Part shown: positions 1 to 13,462 of the stretch, piece by piece
Layout of the letters: every line of letters begins with the position of its first letter
Numbering within the stretch: the first letter of the stretch is position 1
Assembly: GCA_964016885.1 (NCBI GenBank)
Contig: OZ024762.1
Span: 16,306,001-16,370,000, forward strand
Direction of reading: 5' to 3'
Source: Eledone cirrhosa
Lineage: Eukaryota
DNA length: 64,000 nucleotides
Translations under genes and position numbers: made by a program
Notes under the pieces: model-generated
What the model was told of the DNA's origin: nothing
Databases searched by the model: none
The model's input: the letters and a program-made list of their open reading frames with translations, nothing else

Positions 1-680
1 AAAGCGAGGGTAGAAGGGAGAGATGGAGAGATAGAGAGGAAGGTTTGGAGTGAAAAAGAGGAAGAGATAGAGCGAGTAACATACAGAGCATGAGTGGGAA
101 AGAGAGACAGAAGGTAAGAGATAAAGAGGGTGAGAGAGGGAAAGAGAGACAGAAAGTAAGAGATAAAGAGGATGAGAGACAGAAAGGAGGTAAGAGATAA
201 AGAGGATGAGAGAGAGAGAGAGAAAGGAGGTAAGAGATAAAGAGGATGAGAGAGAAAGGGGGGTAAGAGATAAAGAGGATGAGAGAGAAAGAGACAGATG
301 GTAAGAGATAAAGAGGATGTGAGAGAGAGAAAGAGAGACAGATGGTAAGAGATAAAGAGGATGTGAGAGAGAGAAAGAGAGACAGATGGTAAGAGATAAA
401 GAGGATGTGAGAGAGAGAAAGAGAGACAGATGGTAAGAGATAAAGAGGATGAGAGAGAGAAAGAGAGACAGAGGTTAAGAGATAAAGAGGATGAGAGAGA
501 GAAAGAGGGTAAGAGATAAAGAAGATGAGAGAGAGATAAAGAGGATGAGAGAGAGAGACAGAAGGTAAGAGATAAAGAGGATGAGAGAGAGAGACAGAAG
601 GTAAGAGATAAAGAGGATGTGAGAGAGAGAAAGAGAGACAGATGGTAAGAGATAAAGAGGGTTAGAGAGAGAAAGAGCGT
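1..680. repeat. GA-rich minisatellite (about 30-40-bp GGTAAGAGATAAAGAGGATGAGAGAG units)
   Basis: Direct inspection. Confidence 0.9.
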
Positions 681-937
681 AAAAAAGAACAATACAAGAA
701 TAAAAGAAAGACTAAAGTAGCAGCAGCGACAGTAAACCAATCCCGATAACTCTTACTGGTAAATAGTCAACTTAATAACGTAGAATTAATTCATGCTTTA
801 AAAAGTCTGGGTCGAGCTCTCCCTTATGTCAAGCGTCAATTGTTTTCACATAAACAAATATTTCTTGTGGATCTGACCCTTAGTTTCCTTTTCTTTTTTT
901 TCGTTGCCAAATTTATTTCCAACCCACCCCCTAAAAA

Positions 938-3312
938 ATGGGTAATAACAACATCAAGCTACACATTGAGACAGCTTCTAAAACTGGGGCCTTGCAGTTG
1001 ACACAACACAATCTGAAGGAACTGCCCCCAGAAATCGTGCGACTCGCTTATAACCTACGTTCTCTGGACGTCTCGAACAACAGTCTCCAGAGTTTGTGTC
1101 CACCCAATCTCGGCCAGTTTACAATGTTGAAACATCTGACAGCCAGTCACAACCACCTCCAGCAACTACCTAACGCCGAGCTGGCACAATTGAAAAAACT
1201 CGAATGTCTTTCCGTTGATTACAACCGCCTCACCCGTTTGCCACCCTCGTTGGCCAACCTGACCGCGTTAAGGACAGTTAACGTATCCAATAACAGGATT
1301 ACGGTTTTCCCCGAAGAATTATGTCGTCTTAAAAACCTCGACTCCGTCAATTTCTCTTGCAACCGTATCACACAACTGCCTTCCTGTGTTAGTACTCTTC
1401 AAGTTATTGAGCTTAACTTGAACCAGAACCAGGTAACAACATATAGTTACGTGCCTCTGTGTGTTTGTATATATGTTTGTGTGTGTGTCTTATTGTGTCT
1501 ATATGTTTGTTTGCGTGTCTCATTGTGTCTATATGTTTCTGTGTGTGTCTCATTGTGTCTATATGTTTGTGTGTGTGCCTCATTGTGTCTATATGTTTGT
1601 GTGTATGTCTCATTGTCTATATGTTTGTGTGTGTGTCTCATTGTGTCTATGTTTGTGTGTGTGTGTCATTGTGTCTATATGTTTGTGTGTGTGTGTCATT
1701 GTGTCTATATGTTTGTGTGTGTGTCTCATTGTGCCTATATGCTTGTGTGTGTCTCATTGTGTCTATATGTTTGTTTGTGTGCTTGTATCTATATGTTTGT
1801 GTGTGCTTGCATCTATATGTTTGTGTGTGTTTGTATCTATATGTTTGTGTGTGCTTGTATCTATATGTTTGTGTGTGTCTATGCGTTGCTCTTGTGATTG
1901 TGTGTGTGTATGTTGGTTTTGTGATTGCGTGTGAAGAGTTGTTAGGTTTATGTGTATGTATGAACCTTTTATAACCCCGCCCGTTAAAAATACGAAGATA
2001 TCAGCAATGAGTTACGGCCCTTTATGGTCTGAGTTCAAATCCCGCCGAGGTTAACTTAGCCTTTCATCCTTACGGGGTCGATAAAATAAAGTACCAGTAA
2101 TACACTGAGATAATTGCTGGTCTTATGCCAAAAGTAGAAACAATTATTATTATTATTAGAAACCCTTCTACAACACATACTTCGCCTCTATACTTCGTCG
2201 TTTTGGCTTTAAATCTCAACAATGTCACCCGCAAGCGGCGGAGGAGAGGAAAATATCAGAACTTCACAGAGCGCTCCCTTTTCGTGTCTGTTGCTGTCCA
2301 GACCTTTCGTATCCACGGTCCCCCGAACTGCCGCAATTCCTCCGCAAAATTGGGAAGGGTACATCGTCCCTACCACAGAAGGAGCCCCGTGAAATGGAGT
2401 GGCTGATACATCGATTATTGCTGGCTTTTCTCGACAGTCTTCGTCATTTTTCTGTGGGGCACGCCGGAGATATACCACCTAGACTGGAGTATAGAGTCTG
2501 TCACTCCATCCCAATTTCTTTTTCGCTATTTAATGATACTTTTTCTCTTTGTTTTTCGTTGTTTTATTATATGGCATAGAGTTCTGCCTTTTTACGTTCT
2601 GAGTTCAAATCCCGTTGTTTTATTTTATGACATCACAATTACTACATTAATTATCTTTTTTTTTCTTTTTGTGGCTAAAATACGATACATTCTTGGCACT
2701 GTGTAGGCAGAAGGCCTAGTGGTTAGTGTGTTGGACTCACAATCACAAGATAGCAGCTCTACCTGGAGTGACTCACTAATCTCCGAGCTACAAATCTATC
2801 CAGCGATTCTTTCCTGAGACATTCTAACCACATGTCCATAGTATCGAAGCTGTGATCTCTCAATTCGGAGAAGTAGTGGCTCTACCTGGAGTGACTCGCT
2901 GATCTCCAACCTACAAATCTATCCAGTGATTCTTTCCTGAGACATTCTAACCTCATGCCCATAGTATCGGAGCTGTGATCTCACAATTTGGAGAAATAGT
3001 GGCTATAATTGGAGCGACTCTCTTTAATTTAAAAAAAAATCTTTGATATAAATGTTATTAACGTTTCCCTTTCCTTATTTTCAGCTATCCACATTACCAG
3101 AACCCATTGCAGATTGCCCAAGACTAAAAGTCTTACGCCTCCAAGAAAACTGTCTTGACATAGCTGCTTTCACACCAAAAATCATGAAGGAATCCAAAAT
3201 CTCCCTGTTTGCTGTTGATGGCAATGTTTTCGACATGAAGGATTTCTATAACATTCCAGGACATGAAAAATATATGGAACGATATACTGCAACAAAAATG
3301 AAATTCAATTAA
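938..3312 (+). CDS. LRRC57: Leucine-rich repeat-containing protein 57; join(938..1432,3085..3312), 240 aa
   Basis: The N-terminus MGNNNIKLHIETASKTGALQL, the LRRs, QVIELNLNQNQ|LSTLPEPIADCPRLKVLRLQENCL and the C-terminus YMERYTATKMKF match LRRC57 as recalled. The phase-0 intron has CAG|GTAAC at 1432/1433 and polypyrimidine-TTTCAG| at 3084/3085. Confidence 0.95.
1450..1890. repeat. GT-rich minisatellite of about 30 bp in the LRRC57 intron
   Basis: CTCATTGTGTCTATATGTTTGTGTGTGTGT units. Confidence 0.9.
2195..2500 (+). mobile_element. Degenerate CRE-like RLE LINE fragment
   Basis: GKYQNFTERSLFVSVAVQTF and EWLIHRLLLA..GHA resemble the other RLE copies; frameshifted. Confidence 0.55.
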
Positions 3313-3599
3313 CATGCCTCCTCCTACCACCACCACATAGACCCATCCCAAAACAAAATGTTCTCATTTCTGTTAACCCACCCTCAACCTTTACCCACAC
3401 AAAAAACCCCCGAAAAACTTTCTGTTAACACCTAACCCCTACCACCACTGCCACCACATACACACACAGACCCACCCTCAACCAAAATGTTACCCCACCT
3501 CGACCTTTCCTCGCAAAAACCCTAAAAAAACTAAGAAACAATCTTCCGTTGTAACTAACATATATTTTCTTTGCTCTATTTTCTTCCTTATAAAACTAA

Positions 3600-4017
3600 A
3601 GCTATATATTTATATACACACATGTATACATACATACACATTTATGTATTTGTGTATATATATATATATATAAACATGTGTGATATATGTATATGTATGT
3701 TTATAAACACATTTATGTCTATATATATATATATATAAACACATTTATGTCTATATATATATATATATAAACACATTTATATATATATATATATATAAAT
3801 ACATTTATGTATGTATATATATATGTATATAGATACATTTATGTATGTATATATATATGTATATAAATACATTTATGTATGTATATATATATGTATATAA
3901 ATACATTTATGTATGTATATATATATGTATATAAATACATTTATGTATGTATATATATATGTATATAAATACATTTATGTATGTATGTATATATATATGT
4001 ATATAAATACATTTATG

Positions 4018-4060
<43 letters not shown>

Positions 4061-4236
4061 ATAAATACATGTATACATACATTCATTGTATATATACATT
4101 CATTATATACACACACATGTATACATCCATAGATTATAAATATATATATATTACACAGAAAATACAAAGATGATTCTTTGTATTTTCCTAATGACTGAAA
4201 ATGAACAAAAGATTCCACAGCATAATACAGTTGCAC

Positions 4237-4269
<33 letters not shown>

Positions 4270-4445
4270 AAATATATTTACACACACACATATATATATC
4301 TATATACACACACAAAATATATTTACATACACACATTTATAGTTATATATATATACACACACACACAAAATATATTTACATACACACATTTATAGTTATA
4401 TATATATACACACACACAATATATTTACATACACACATTTATAGT

Positions 4446-4479
<34 letters not shown>

Positions 4480-4682
4480 TTTATAGTTATATATATATAT
4501 ATATATACACACACGCACACAAAATATATTTACACACACACACATAGCTATATATATATACACACACACAAAATATATTTACACACATTTATAGTTATAT
4601 ATATATATACACACACACAAAATATATTTACACACACACATAGTTATATATATATATATATATACACACACACATTTATAGT

Positions 4683-4716
<34 letters not shown>

Positions 4717-4750
4717 CAAAAGATATGTATATATATTTATACAAACACAT
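3600..4750. repeat. Compound (TA)n/(CA)n microsatellite arrays
   Basis: Direct inspection. Confidence 0.9.
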
Positions 4751-5262
4751 ATATTCATGATGTATACAACAATTCTCCATAATTTGAAAACAAAACTAAC
4801 CTTTATTTAAATGTGAAAGTAAATAACAATAAAGAGCAAAGATCTCTAAAAGTGAAAATTTATTTATAGAAATGTCTTTTGTCATTATTTTTGTATTTTA
4901 TATTTAATGTCCTAGGCGGTGAATTAGGGGAGACGTTAGACATCAAATAGATTGCTTTATGGTACTCATTTCTGCTTTCTGTTGAAATCCCGTCAAGGTC
5001 AAATTTGCCTTTCATCTGTTTGAGTTTGATAAAAAAAAAAATACCAGTCAAGTACTGGGGTCAATTCTTCCTCTATATCTCTGTCTCACTTCCTTTCTCT
5101 CCTTTTTCTGGAAGAAATCTGCTGTATTTACACGTGGAGAACCTGGAGAGGAGATAGGCTCTGCCAGGTCTTGTTATTGTTGCTGTTGTTTGTAAAGTAG
5201 TAAAATCCAAACTACAAGTATATTGAATATTATGTGGCAACGGCAAATGAATGCTATAAGAA

Positions 5263-5710
5263 TCAATCAGTCGAACTCCCTCTGTCATCGCCCTCCCCCA
5301 TCTCTCCGTATGGTGAGCAAATGGGGTCCCACGTCGGAATGGAGAAGGCGTTTCCCCAGAGGATGGTAAGGGAGAGCCATTCCAACTCGCGAGGCTCACA
5401 CCTGCGGCTGGCCAGCCCAGAGCCTATGGTGGTGAGTAGGGAAGTAGCCCTAGGGCCGAGGACACCAGAAGTCTCCACTGCCAAGGGTAAGACCACAAAC
5501 ATGTCGGAGAGCAACCGGTACTTGGAGAGTTTGGCCTCCTCAGCCCGATGTGCAGCAAAACCTGGCTTAGTTGCAGACTGCACCAGGTTGTGGCTGGAGA
5601 AAGTGTTGCTGCAAGTGGCATCCCAGACGAGGAGTTTTAAAAGTGCCCTAGAAATGCTGTATGTCAATGGTGGCCCCTACGACTCCCTCAGGAGTTACGG
5701 AACCATATAC
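5263..5710 (-). mobile_element. Restriction-like-endonuclease (CRE/NeSL-type) non-LTR retrotransposon fragment
   Basis: LVWDATCSNTF...AEEAKLSKYRLL...[12 protein letters not shown] is the C-terminal RLE motif. Confidence 0.75.
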
Positions 5711-6349
5711 ACACCGTATAAAACTACAAGAGCAACACATTCTTGGTAAGTCCAAAACAGTAATAAAGTTTTCTGTTTTTGTTAGCTCTTAACTCCTGAT
5801 TAAGTTTTGGGGCACCTTAGTCTCTTAGGCATTTAAATCTGGTGGACCCTACCTCTTACTATATGTGACCACAGTCAGCCTCCAAGTTGAGAGTAACTGA
5901 GAAAGAGATATAGAGGAAAAATTGACCCCAGTACTAGACTGGTATTTTATTTATCCACCTCAAAAGCATGAAAGTCAAAGTTGACCTTGGCAGGATTTGA
6001 ATTCAGAATGCAGAGAACCAGAACATATACTGCAAAGCATTCTAACGACTCTCTTAATTTACTGAGTATTATAATTGCATTACATTAAAAATTAATGTCT
6101 TCACTCTACTAATGTTGCAAAGTTTCACAGCCATCTGTTTACTAGTTATTATATTATAAACATAAAGTACCAGTAATGCACTGGGTTATTGCTGGCCTTG
6201 TGCCAAAAGTAGAAACAATTATATTATAAACATTTGAATTTACAAACCTGTTTACAGATATTTTCTGCTCAGTTATTACAGGTTGTTAAGAGTTAACCCT
6301 TTCATTACTATACCAGTCCACACTGTAAAATGGTTGTGTAGGTGTCACA

Positions 6350-6612
6350 ACAAAAGGCACACTGTAAATGTGGTCATTTTGGTGCCATGATAAAAGGCAC
6401 CCAGTACACACAGTAAATGTGGTCATTTTGGTGCCATGATAAAAGGCACCCAGTACACACAGTAAATGTGGTCATTTTGGTGCCATGATAAAAGGCACCC
6501 AGTACACACAGTAAATGTGGTCATTTTGGTGCCATGATAAAAGGCACCCAGTACACACAGTAAATGTGGTCATTTTGGTGCCATGATAAAAGGCACCCAG
6601 TACACACTGTAT
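6350..6612. repeat. 49-bp tandem repeat derived from a SINE segment
   Basis: AAAAGGCACCCAGTACACACAGTAAATGTGGTCATTTTGGTGCCATGAT, about 5 copies. Confidence 0.9.
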
Positions 6613-7157
6613 GTGGTTGGCATTAGGAAGGAAATCCAGTTGTAGAAACCAAGTCTAAATAGGTTCAGTGTGAGCTGGAGACGGTCATCTGCTCTGGTTT
6701 GGCTCATGATCAGCCTGTTACTTATCCACGGGTTATATGGAACCTCAGTTCAAAATATATGGTACATTGTAATGCTAAAAAACGTCTGAAGTCTGTCTCA
6801 AGCCCGGAGGATCAACAGACTGGTGCTTATCTTGGTTTCATGGCATTAAGCAACTAGACTAGAGAATACTAGACTTCCCCTGGACAGGACACCAGTCCAT
6901 TGCAGGGTTAAACCCTCAGTTATTACTGGTACTCATTCTCAGCTGAGTGTAAGGAGCAACGTGAAATGAAGTGTTTTGTTCAAGAACACTACATGCAACC
7001 CAGTCCAGGAATCGAACCCACAACATTATGATCAACACCTATACCATTAGGCCATGCTCCTTCCCTGTCTGTGTTATTAACATTAATTAAATTCAACTAC
7101 CAATTGATCAGCTAAAATTAGCAGCTAGATCTCTACATATAATACTAGGGAGGTTAC

Positions 7158-8935
7158 TTAATCCTTTAACTGGTAAACATGGTAAAGTCTTTACCTCACA
7201 TAATATCTCACATAACATTTACATTACTCTATATATACTATTGTATTTTCATGGTAAAGGCTTTACCTCACATAATATCTCACATAACATTTACATTACT
7301 CTATATATACTATTGTATTTTCATGGTAAAGGCTTTACCTCACATAATATCTCACATAACATTTACATTACTCTATATATACTATTGTATTTTCATGGTA
7401 AAGGCTTTACCTCACATAACATTTACATTACTCTATATATACTATTGTATTTTCACAGTAAAGGCTTTACCTCACATAATATCTCATAATATTTACATTA
7501 CTCTATATATACTATTGTATTTTCATGGTAAAGGCTTTACCTCACATAACATTTACATTACTCTATATATACTATTGTATTTTCACAGTAAAGGCTTACC
7601 TCACATAATATCTCACATAACATTTACATTCCTCTATATATACTATTGTATTTTCACAGTAAAGGCTTTACCTCACATAATATCTCACATAACATTTACA
7701 TTACTCTATATATACTATTGTATTTTCATGGTAAAGGCTTTACCTCACATAACATTTACATTACTCTATATATACTATTGTATTTTCATGGTAAAGGCTT
7801 TACCTCACATAATATCTCACATAACATTTACATTACTCTATATATACTATTGTATTTTCATGGTAAAGGCTTTACCTCACATAATATCTCACATAACATT
7901 TACATTACTCTATATATACTATTGTATTTTCATGGTAAAGGCTTTACCTCACATAATATCTCACATAACATTTACATTACTCTATATATACTATTGTATT
8001 TTCATGGTAAAGGCTTTACCTCACATAATATCTCACATAACATTTACATTACTCTATATATACTATTGTATTTTCATGGTAAAGGCTTTACCTCACATAA
8101 TATCTCACATAACATTTACATTACTCTATATATACTATTGTATTTTCATGGTAAAGGCTTTACCTCACATAATATCTCACATAACATTTACATTACTCTA
8201 TATATACTATTGTATTTTCATGGTAAAGGCTTTACCTCACATAATATCTCACATAACATTTACATTACTCTATATATACTATTGTATTTTCATGGTAAAG
8301 GCTTTACCTCACATAATATCTCACATAACATTTACATTACTCTATATATACTATTGTATTTTCATGGTAAAGGCTTTACCTCACATAATATCTCACATAA
8401 CATTTACATTACTCTATATATACTATTGTATTTTCATGGTAAAGGCTTTACCTCACATAATATCTCACATAACATTTACATTACTCTATATATACTATTG
8501 TATTTTCATGGTAAAGGCTTTACCTCACATAATATCTCATAACATTTACATTACTCTATATATACTATTATATTTTCATGGTAAAGGCTTTACCTCACAC
8601 AACATTTACATTACTCTATATATACTATTGTATTTTCATGGTAAAGGCTTTACCTCACATAATATCTCACATAACATTTACATTACTCTATATATACTAT
8701 TATATTTTCATGGTAAAGGCTTTACCTCACACAACATTTACATTACTCTATATATACTATTGTACTTGCATGGTAAAGTCTTTATCTCACATAATATCGA
8801 ATCTATGAGATTTTGATATTTATTTTGAGAACAATACCTCAACGGCAGCATAATCAGTTGGTTATGGCCAGTTTGAACAGACACATGTGAGAGAATTCTG
8901 GCCAGATATGGCTAGTTTAAATGCTGAAGGGTTAA
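7158..8935 (+). mobile_element. piggyBac-like non-autonomous element with an internal 60-bp minisatellite array
   Basis: TTAA at both ends; the right end is AATGCTGAAGGG|TTAA; about 27 units of TCACATAACATTTACATTACTCTATATATACTATTGTATTTTCATGGTAAAGGCTTTACC...; the left TIR is degenerate. Confidence 0.75.
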
Positions 8936-11369
8936 TCCTTGGATGATGGAGTTAATCCATCACCTGTTCTTGAGTGTCTTTAGTGGAGTTAAATTTGGTG
9001 CAAATATTCAGATCAAACTTTTGGTTTGCGAATAGCATTATTCCCTACATTCCACCAGTCTCAAAGACCTTGAAAAGGGGTCACAGGAACTCCACTTCAT
9101 CCTCTCACTAAGCTATACCAAATTATAATTAACAATAAAGGGAGAATCCTTTGTGCCAAGTATGTGACAGGCTCCTTAGTGCTAGTGATCTACATGATAA
9201 AAGCACCCAGTACACTCTGTAAAGTTGTTGCTGTTAGGAAATGCATCGAACCGTAGAAGGTTTGCCAAAGAAGGGGTTAGGAGGATCCTTCAGTTTGTGT
9301 CAAAAGACATGACAACTTCTCCTCTGCAGTTGATATGACCATATGTAAGTAGAATACAGAACCCTCAGTCTGTCAGGGAGGTCGGTAGCCCCGCTTCAAT
9401 ACAGACTTGGTCTATGTAGACCCATCCAACCCTTTCTAGCAGGGAAAGTGGACGTCAGATGATGATGATGATTATAGTTAACACCATTGCCTACAATAAA
9501 GTGGCAGACCTTGTGAAGTGTTGAACTGAATGTCAAACAGTTGTTTATTATTGGCAGTATCAGTAGAGAGTCGGACGCTATGCTTTGCAGCATAGAGTTA
9601 CGACCCTTTACGGTCCGAGTTCATCCTTACAGGGTCAATAAAGTACCAGTAATGCACTGGCGTAATTGCTGGCCTTGTGCCAAAAGTAGAAACAATTATT
9701 TAGGCAGCCATTTTACTTTACAATCTGTACAGTGCAGAATTTAAGACAAACGAGCCCCTGTACTAGTTAAGTTATGAGATTCTGTATTAGTTAAGTTATG
9801 AGGCCCCATGCTAGTTAACGTTGCGAGCGTGTTGGCTTGCCTCAAAAATTATTAGAGAGGTTTTCCAGTGCTCCTCGTAATATCGTTATCTTTTGTTACG
9901 GCAGCGGTTCGTTTGTCACCCTTTTCGCTTGCCTTTTAACACATCTAGTCCAAGATGTGTGAATTACCTGCTTGTGTGAATGTTTTTTTCTTTTCGCTTT
10001 TTAAAAAAAAATTTGTAAAGAGGGTCGGACACCATGCTTTGACGCATAGAGTTACGGCCCTTGCCATTCTGAGTTCAAATCCCGCCGAGGTTAACTTTGC
10101 CTTTCATCCTTACGGGGTCGATAAAATAAAGTACCAGTAATGCACTGGCGTAATTGCTGGCCTTGTGCCAAAAGTAGAAACAATTATTTATAGGCAGCAA
10201 ATTGGCAGAGCCGTTAGAGCGTCGGATAGAATACTTTAAGGTATTCGTTCCGGCTCTCTGCTCTCCGAGTTCAAATCCCACCGATGTCAACTTTGCTTTT
10301 CATCTATTCGAGGTCGATAAAAAAAAGTACCAGTCTTGTACTCTGGGGTCGATTCTTTTTCTATATTTCTTTCTCGTTTCCTCTCTCACTAATGCCCAAG
10401 AAAAGCCGTATGTCAATACTGCGCCTCTACGACTGTATCAGGAGTTACGGGGCCATACAATACTATTTATACAATTGTGAATAAAAAAAAAAAAAAGGTT
10501 TATTTCTTTCCAGCCGTTCTCAGGCGGGATATACTTCTCCCTATTTTGCATTTTGTGGAAGAAAAACAAGGGCAGTTCAGAAGTGGTCCTAGCCTGCGAC
10601 CTGCATAGTAAAAGCAGACATGCCAACCTCGAAAAACCCAAACGGGGTGTACCACGAAAAAAAGTGTCCCAAAACGGGGAGAAATGAGGCACAATGGGGA
10701 GATTTTACATAATTGTTTCTACTTTAGGCAGAAGGCCAGCAAATTACCCCAGTGCATTACTGGTACTTTATTTTATCCACCCCGTAAGGATGAAATAATG
10801 CTATATTATTATAATAATAAAAAATGTTTCTACGTTAGGCACAAGGCCAGCAAATAACCAGTGCATTACTGGTACTTTATTTTATCGACCCCGTAAGGAT
10901 GAAAGGCAAAGTCAACCTCGGCGGGATTTGAACTCAGATCGTAATGAAAGCTATACCCATTTTCGCAAGAGGAAACATCTCTCAGTCTTCTCAAAGTGTC
11001 TACAGGTCTGGTAAAAGAAATGAAGCGGTCTGCTGTCAAAATCTCAAATGTAATTATCACCGGAGAGTTATCTCCCTTAATTATTTAGTACGCGTTGGCA
11101 GATGTTTAAAGTTGGAGCAAAAGTGAGAACTGAGAGCAAAGTTTTCATCCAGTTTTAGCGCTGAAAACACAATCTAAATAACAAGAGGATATTGCACAAG
11201 AGACCACCATGAATTTGTATGAGATATTGTGAGATCCACTTGATATTGCTACCGTTGATATATCTTACTTGTAAGTATGAAGTATGACAATTAAACTCTT
11301 TTTCCGATTACTAATAATTCCGATTGTTAGTGCAGGTGTGAGGCTGTAATGTATTTATTTATTTATGTA

Positions 11370-11403
<34 letters not shown>

Positions 11404-11526
11404 CATACACTTTTATATATAAATTATATATATATATATATACATACACATTTATATATAAATTATATATATATACATACATACACGCACATATATACAT
11501 GGTTATTTCGTCCACGTATAAATCTG

Positions 11527-11558
<32 letters not shown>

Positions 11559-11602
11559 TAATTCAAAATATTAATAAATATAGACATTCAACGTCATCAA
11601 AA

Positions 11603-11672
11603 TATATTTTATTATATATATTTCGGAGGAACTGTGCTGGTTTTTCAGTACATCCTCATCAGATAAAATATA
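11603..11672 (-). ncRNA. Type I hammerhead ribozyme (PLE/retrozyme type)
   Basis: Minus strand reads TATATTTTAT-CTGATGA-GGA..TCC-GAAA-TATATA-TA-ATAAAATATA, with a perfect 10-bp stem I. Confidence 0.85.
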
Positions 11673-12817
11673 TAAAATATATACCTCCGAATATATATAT
11701 AATTGTTTCTACTTTTGGCACAAGGCCAGCAATTATCCCAGTGTATTACTGGTACTTTATAAACATAAATTTTATAATATATATAATTGTTTCTACTATT
11801 GGCACAAGGCCAGCAATTACGCAGTACATTACTGGTACTTTATTTTATAATATATATAATAAAATATATTTTGATTACGTTGAATGTCTATATTTATTAA
11901 TATTTTGAATTAATATTAATAACTCCAGAAAACTTCGTTGTTGAGTGCTTCTAGTCTATTGTAAAACTATATTCATTGATTAATCAATGAACCTTGTTTA
12001 ACTTTTGGTCTTATATATATATATACGAGTAGTTGTGAGGCCTTCCTGTTATAAATATATACGGTATGATACAAGATACTCTGTCAGAACTTGGCATCAA
12101 TGTCTTGCAGGTTGTAACAACGATTAAATACCAGATTCTTTCGCTTTGTTTATTTATAATTCTTTCAAGTTTCTATTACTAATTAAGGTTCCTTTGATGT
12201 TTACCTAAATTAATTAATTAATTATGGTAATTACGAACCGGCGAAATGTTTTGTCTCGTATTTATTATTATCAAATCCCGTCGAGGTTAACTTTACCTTT
12301 CATCCTAAGGGGGTTCGATAAAATAAAGTACCAGTAATACACTGGGATAATTGCTGGCCTTGTGCCTATTGTAGAAACAATTATTATTATTTCTGAGTTA
12401 TGTTGGGTGTAAATAACATTAAATTGTTTATAATTCTTACAGAATGAAAATATAAATACATATATAAATACATAGAACTAATGGTTTCTACTTTAAGCAC
12501 AAGGCCAGCAATTTGAAGGGAGAGGGGGAGAGTCTCTTAAAACGATCCCAGTACATTACTGGTACTTTATTTTATCAACTCCGTAAGGATGAAAGGCAAA
12601 GCTAACCTCGGCGGGATTTTGAACTCAGAACGTAGAGGGCCATAACTCGATGCCACAAAGCATAGTGTCTGACGCTCTACCAATTCTGCTGCCAATACAA
12701 TTAATTATTACTAGCGGTTCTCTGCTATTTTTTTACCATCTTCTATGGTTCCTGCGTTCAAATCTCTCCGAGGTCAACTTTCGTTTTTCTTTTATCTTTC
12801 CGAGGATGATTGAAATA

Positions 12818-12979
12818 CAGTGACATTCCGTTATAACGAAATTTGCGGAGTATAAAAAAAATTCGTTGTAACGAAATTTTTTTTATAACGCGATCGACCT
12901 AACACATCGAACGTGTAGACGTGGATTGAAAAAAAAAATTTGTTATACTGAAAAATTCGTTATAACGGAATTTTACCCG
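12818..12979. mobile_element. pogo/Tigger-like (Tc1-mariner) MITE nested in a SINE
   Basis: TA|CAGTGACATTCCGTTATAACGAA ... TTCGTTATAACGGAATTTTACCCG|TA, imperfect TIRs with TA flanks. Confidence 0.7.
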
Positions 12980-13289
12980 TATAGTACCAGTCACATGCTG
13001 AGGACGAAAAGGGTTCGATATAATCGACCAACAGCAACAACAACAGCAACAACAAAAGGAGGTTATTGGTCCAGTGTTTAAATTAGGAACCTGTATTAGT
13101 TAGGTGTAACATTGTTGTGACAACATATGGTGTAACACACCAAGTGTGACACCATTGTTGTGACAACGGATGGTGCAACAAGGCAAGTGTGACAACATAT
13201 GATGCAATGTGACCCAGTTATCACTCGATAGGGTGAAAATATGAAGATCGCTTGTCTTTCCTTATCTCTCATGTGATTATATATATATG

Positions 13290-13330
<41 letters not shown>

Positions 13331-13392
13331 GTGTATATATATGTATATATATATAATATTAATTCAAAATGGAGACATTCACGTACTCAAAA

Positions 13393-13462
13393 TATGTTTT
13401 ATTATATATATTTCAGAGGTACTGTGGTGTTTTTTCAGTGCGTCCTCATCAGATAAAATATA
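13393..13462 (-). ncRNA. Type I hammerhead ribozyme, paralog of the 11603 copy
   Basis: TATATTTTAT-CTGATGA-GGAC..TCT-GAAA-TATATA-TA-ATAAAACATA. Confidence 0.78.

Noticed and set aside
1433-1897. Hydrophobic Cys-rich C-terminal extension of the LRR ORF
   Set aside because: This is intron read-through. The true C-terminus is in exon 3085-3312.
5073-5230. Possible minus-strand coding exon between LRRC57 and IBTK
   Set aside because: I could not link it to other exons in a consistent frame, and I recognise no homology.
7179-8816. 545-aa ORF, and similar ORFs at 21023-22087 and 50374-51819
   Set aside because: These are translations of the stop-free 60-bp minisatellite inside a MITE.
9925-9945. 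GCCTTTTAAC resembling U5 snRNA loop I
   Set aside because: The match is imperfect, there is no U5 stem, and the Sm-like motif is on the opposite strand.
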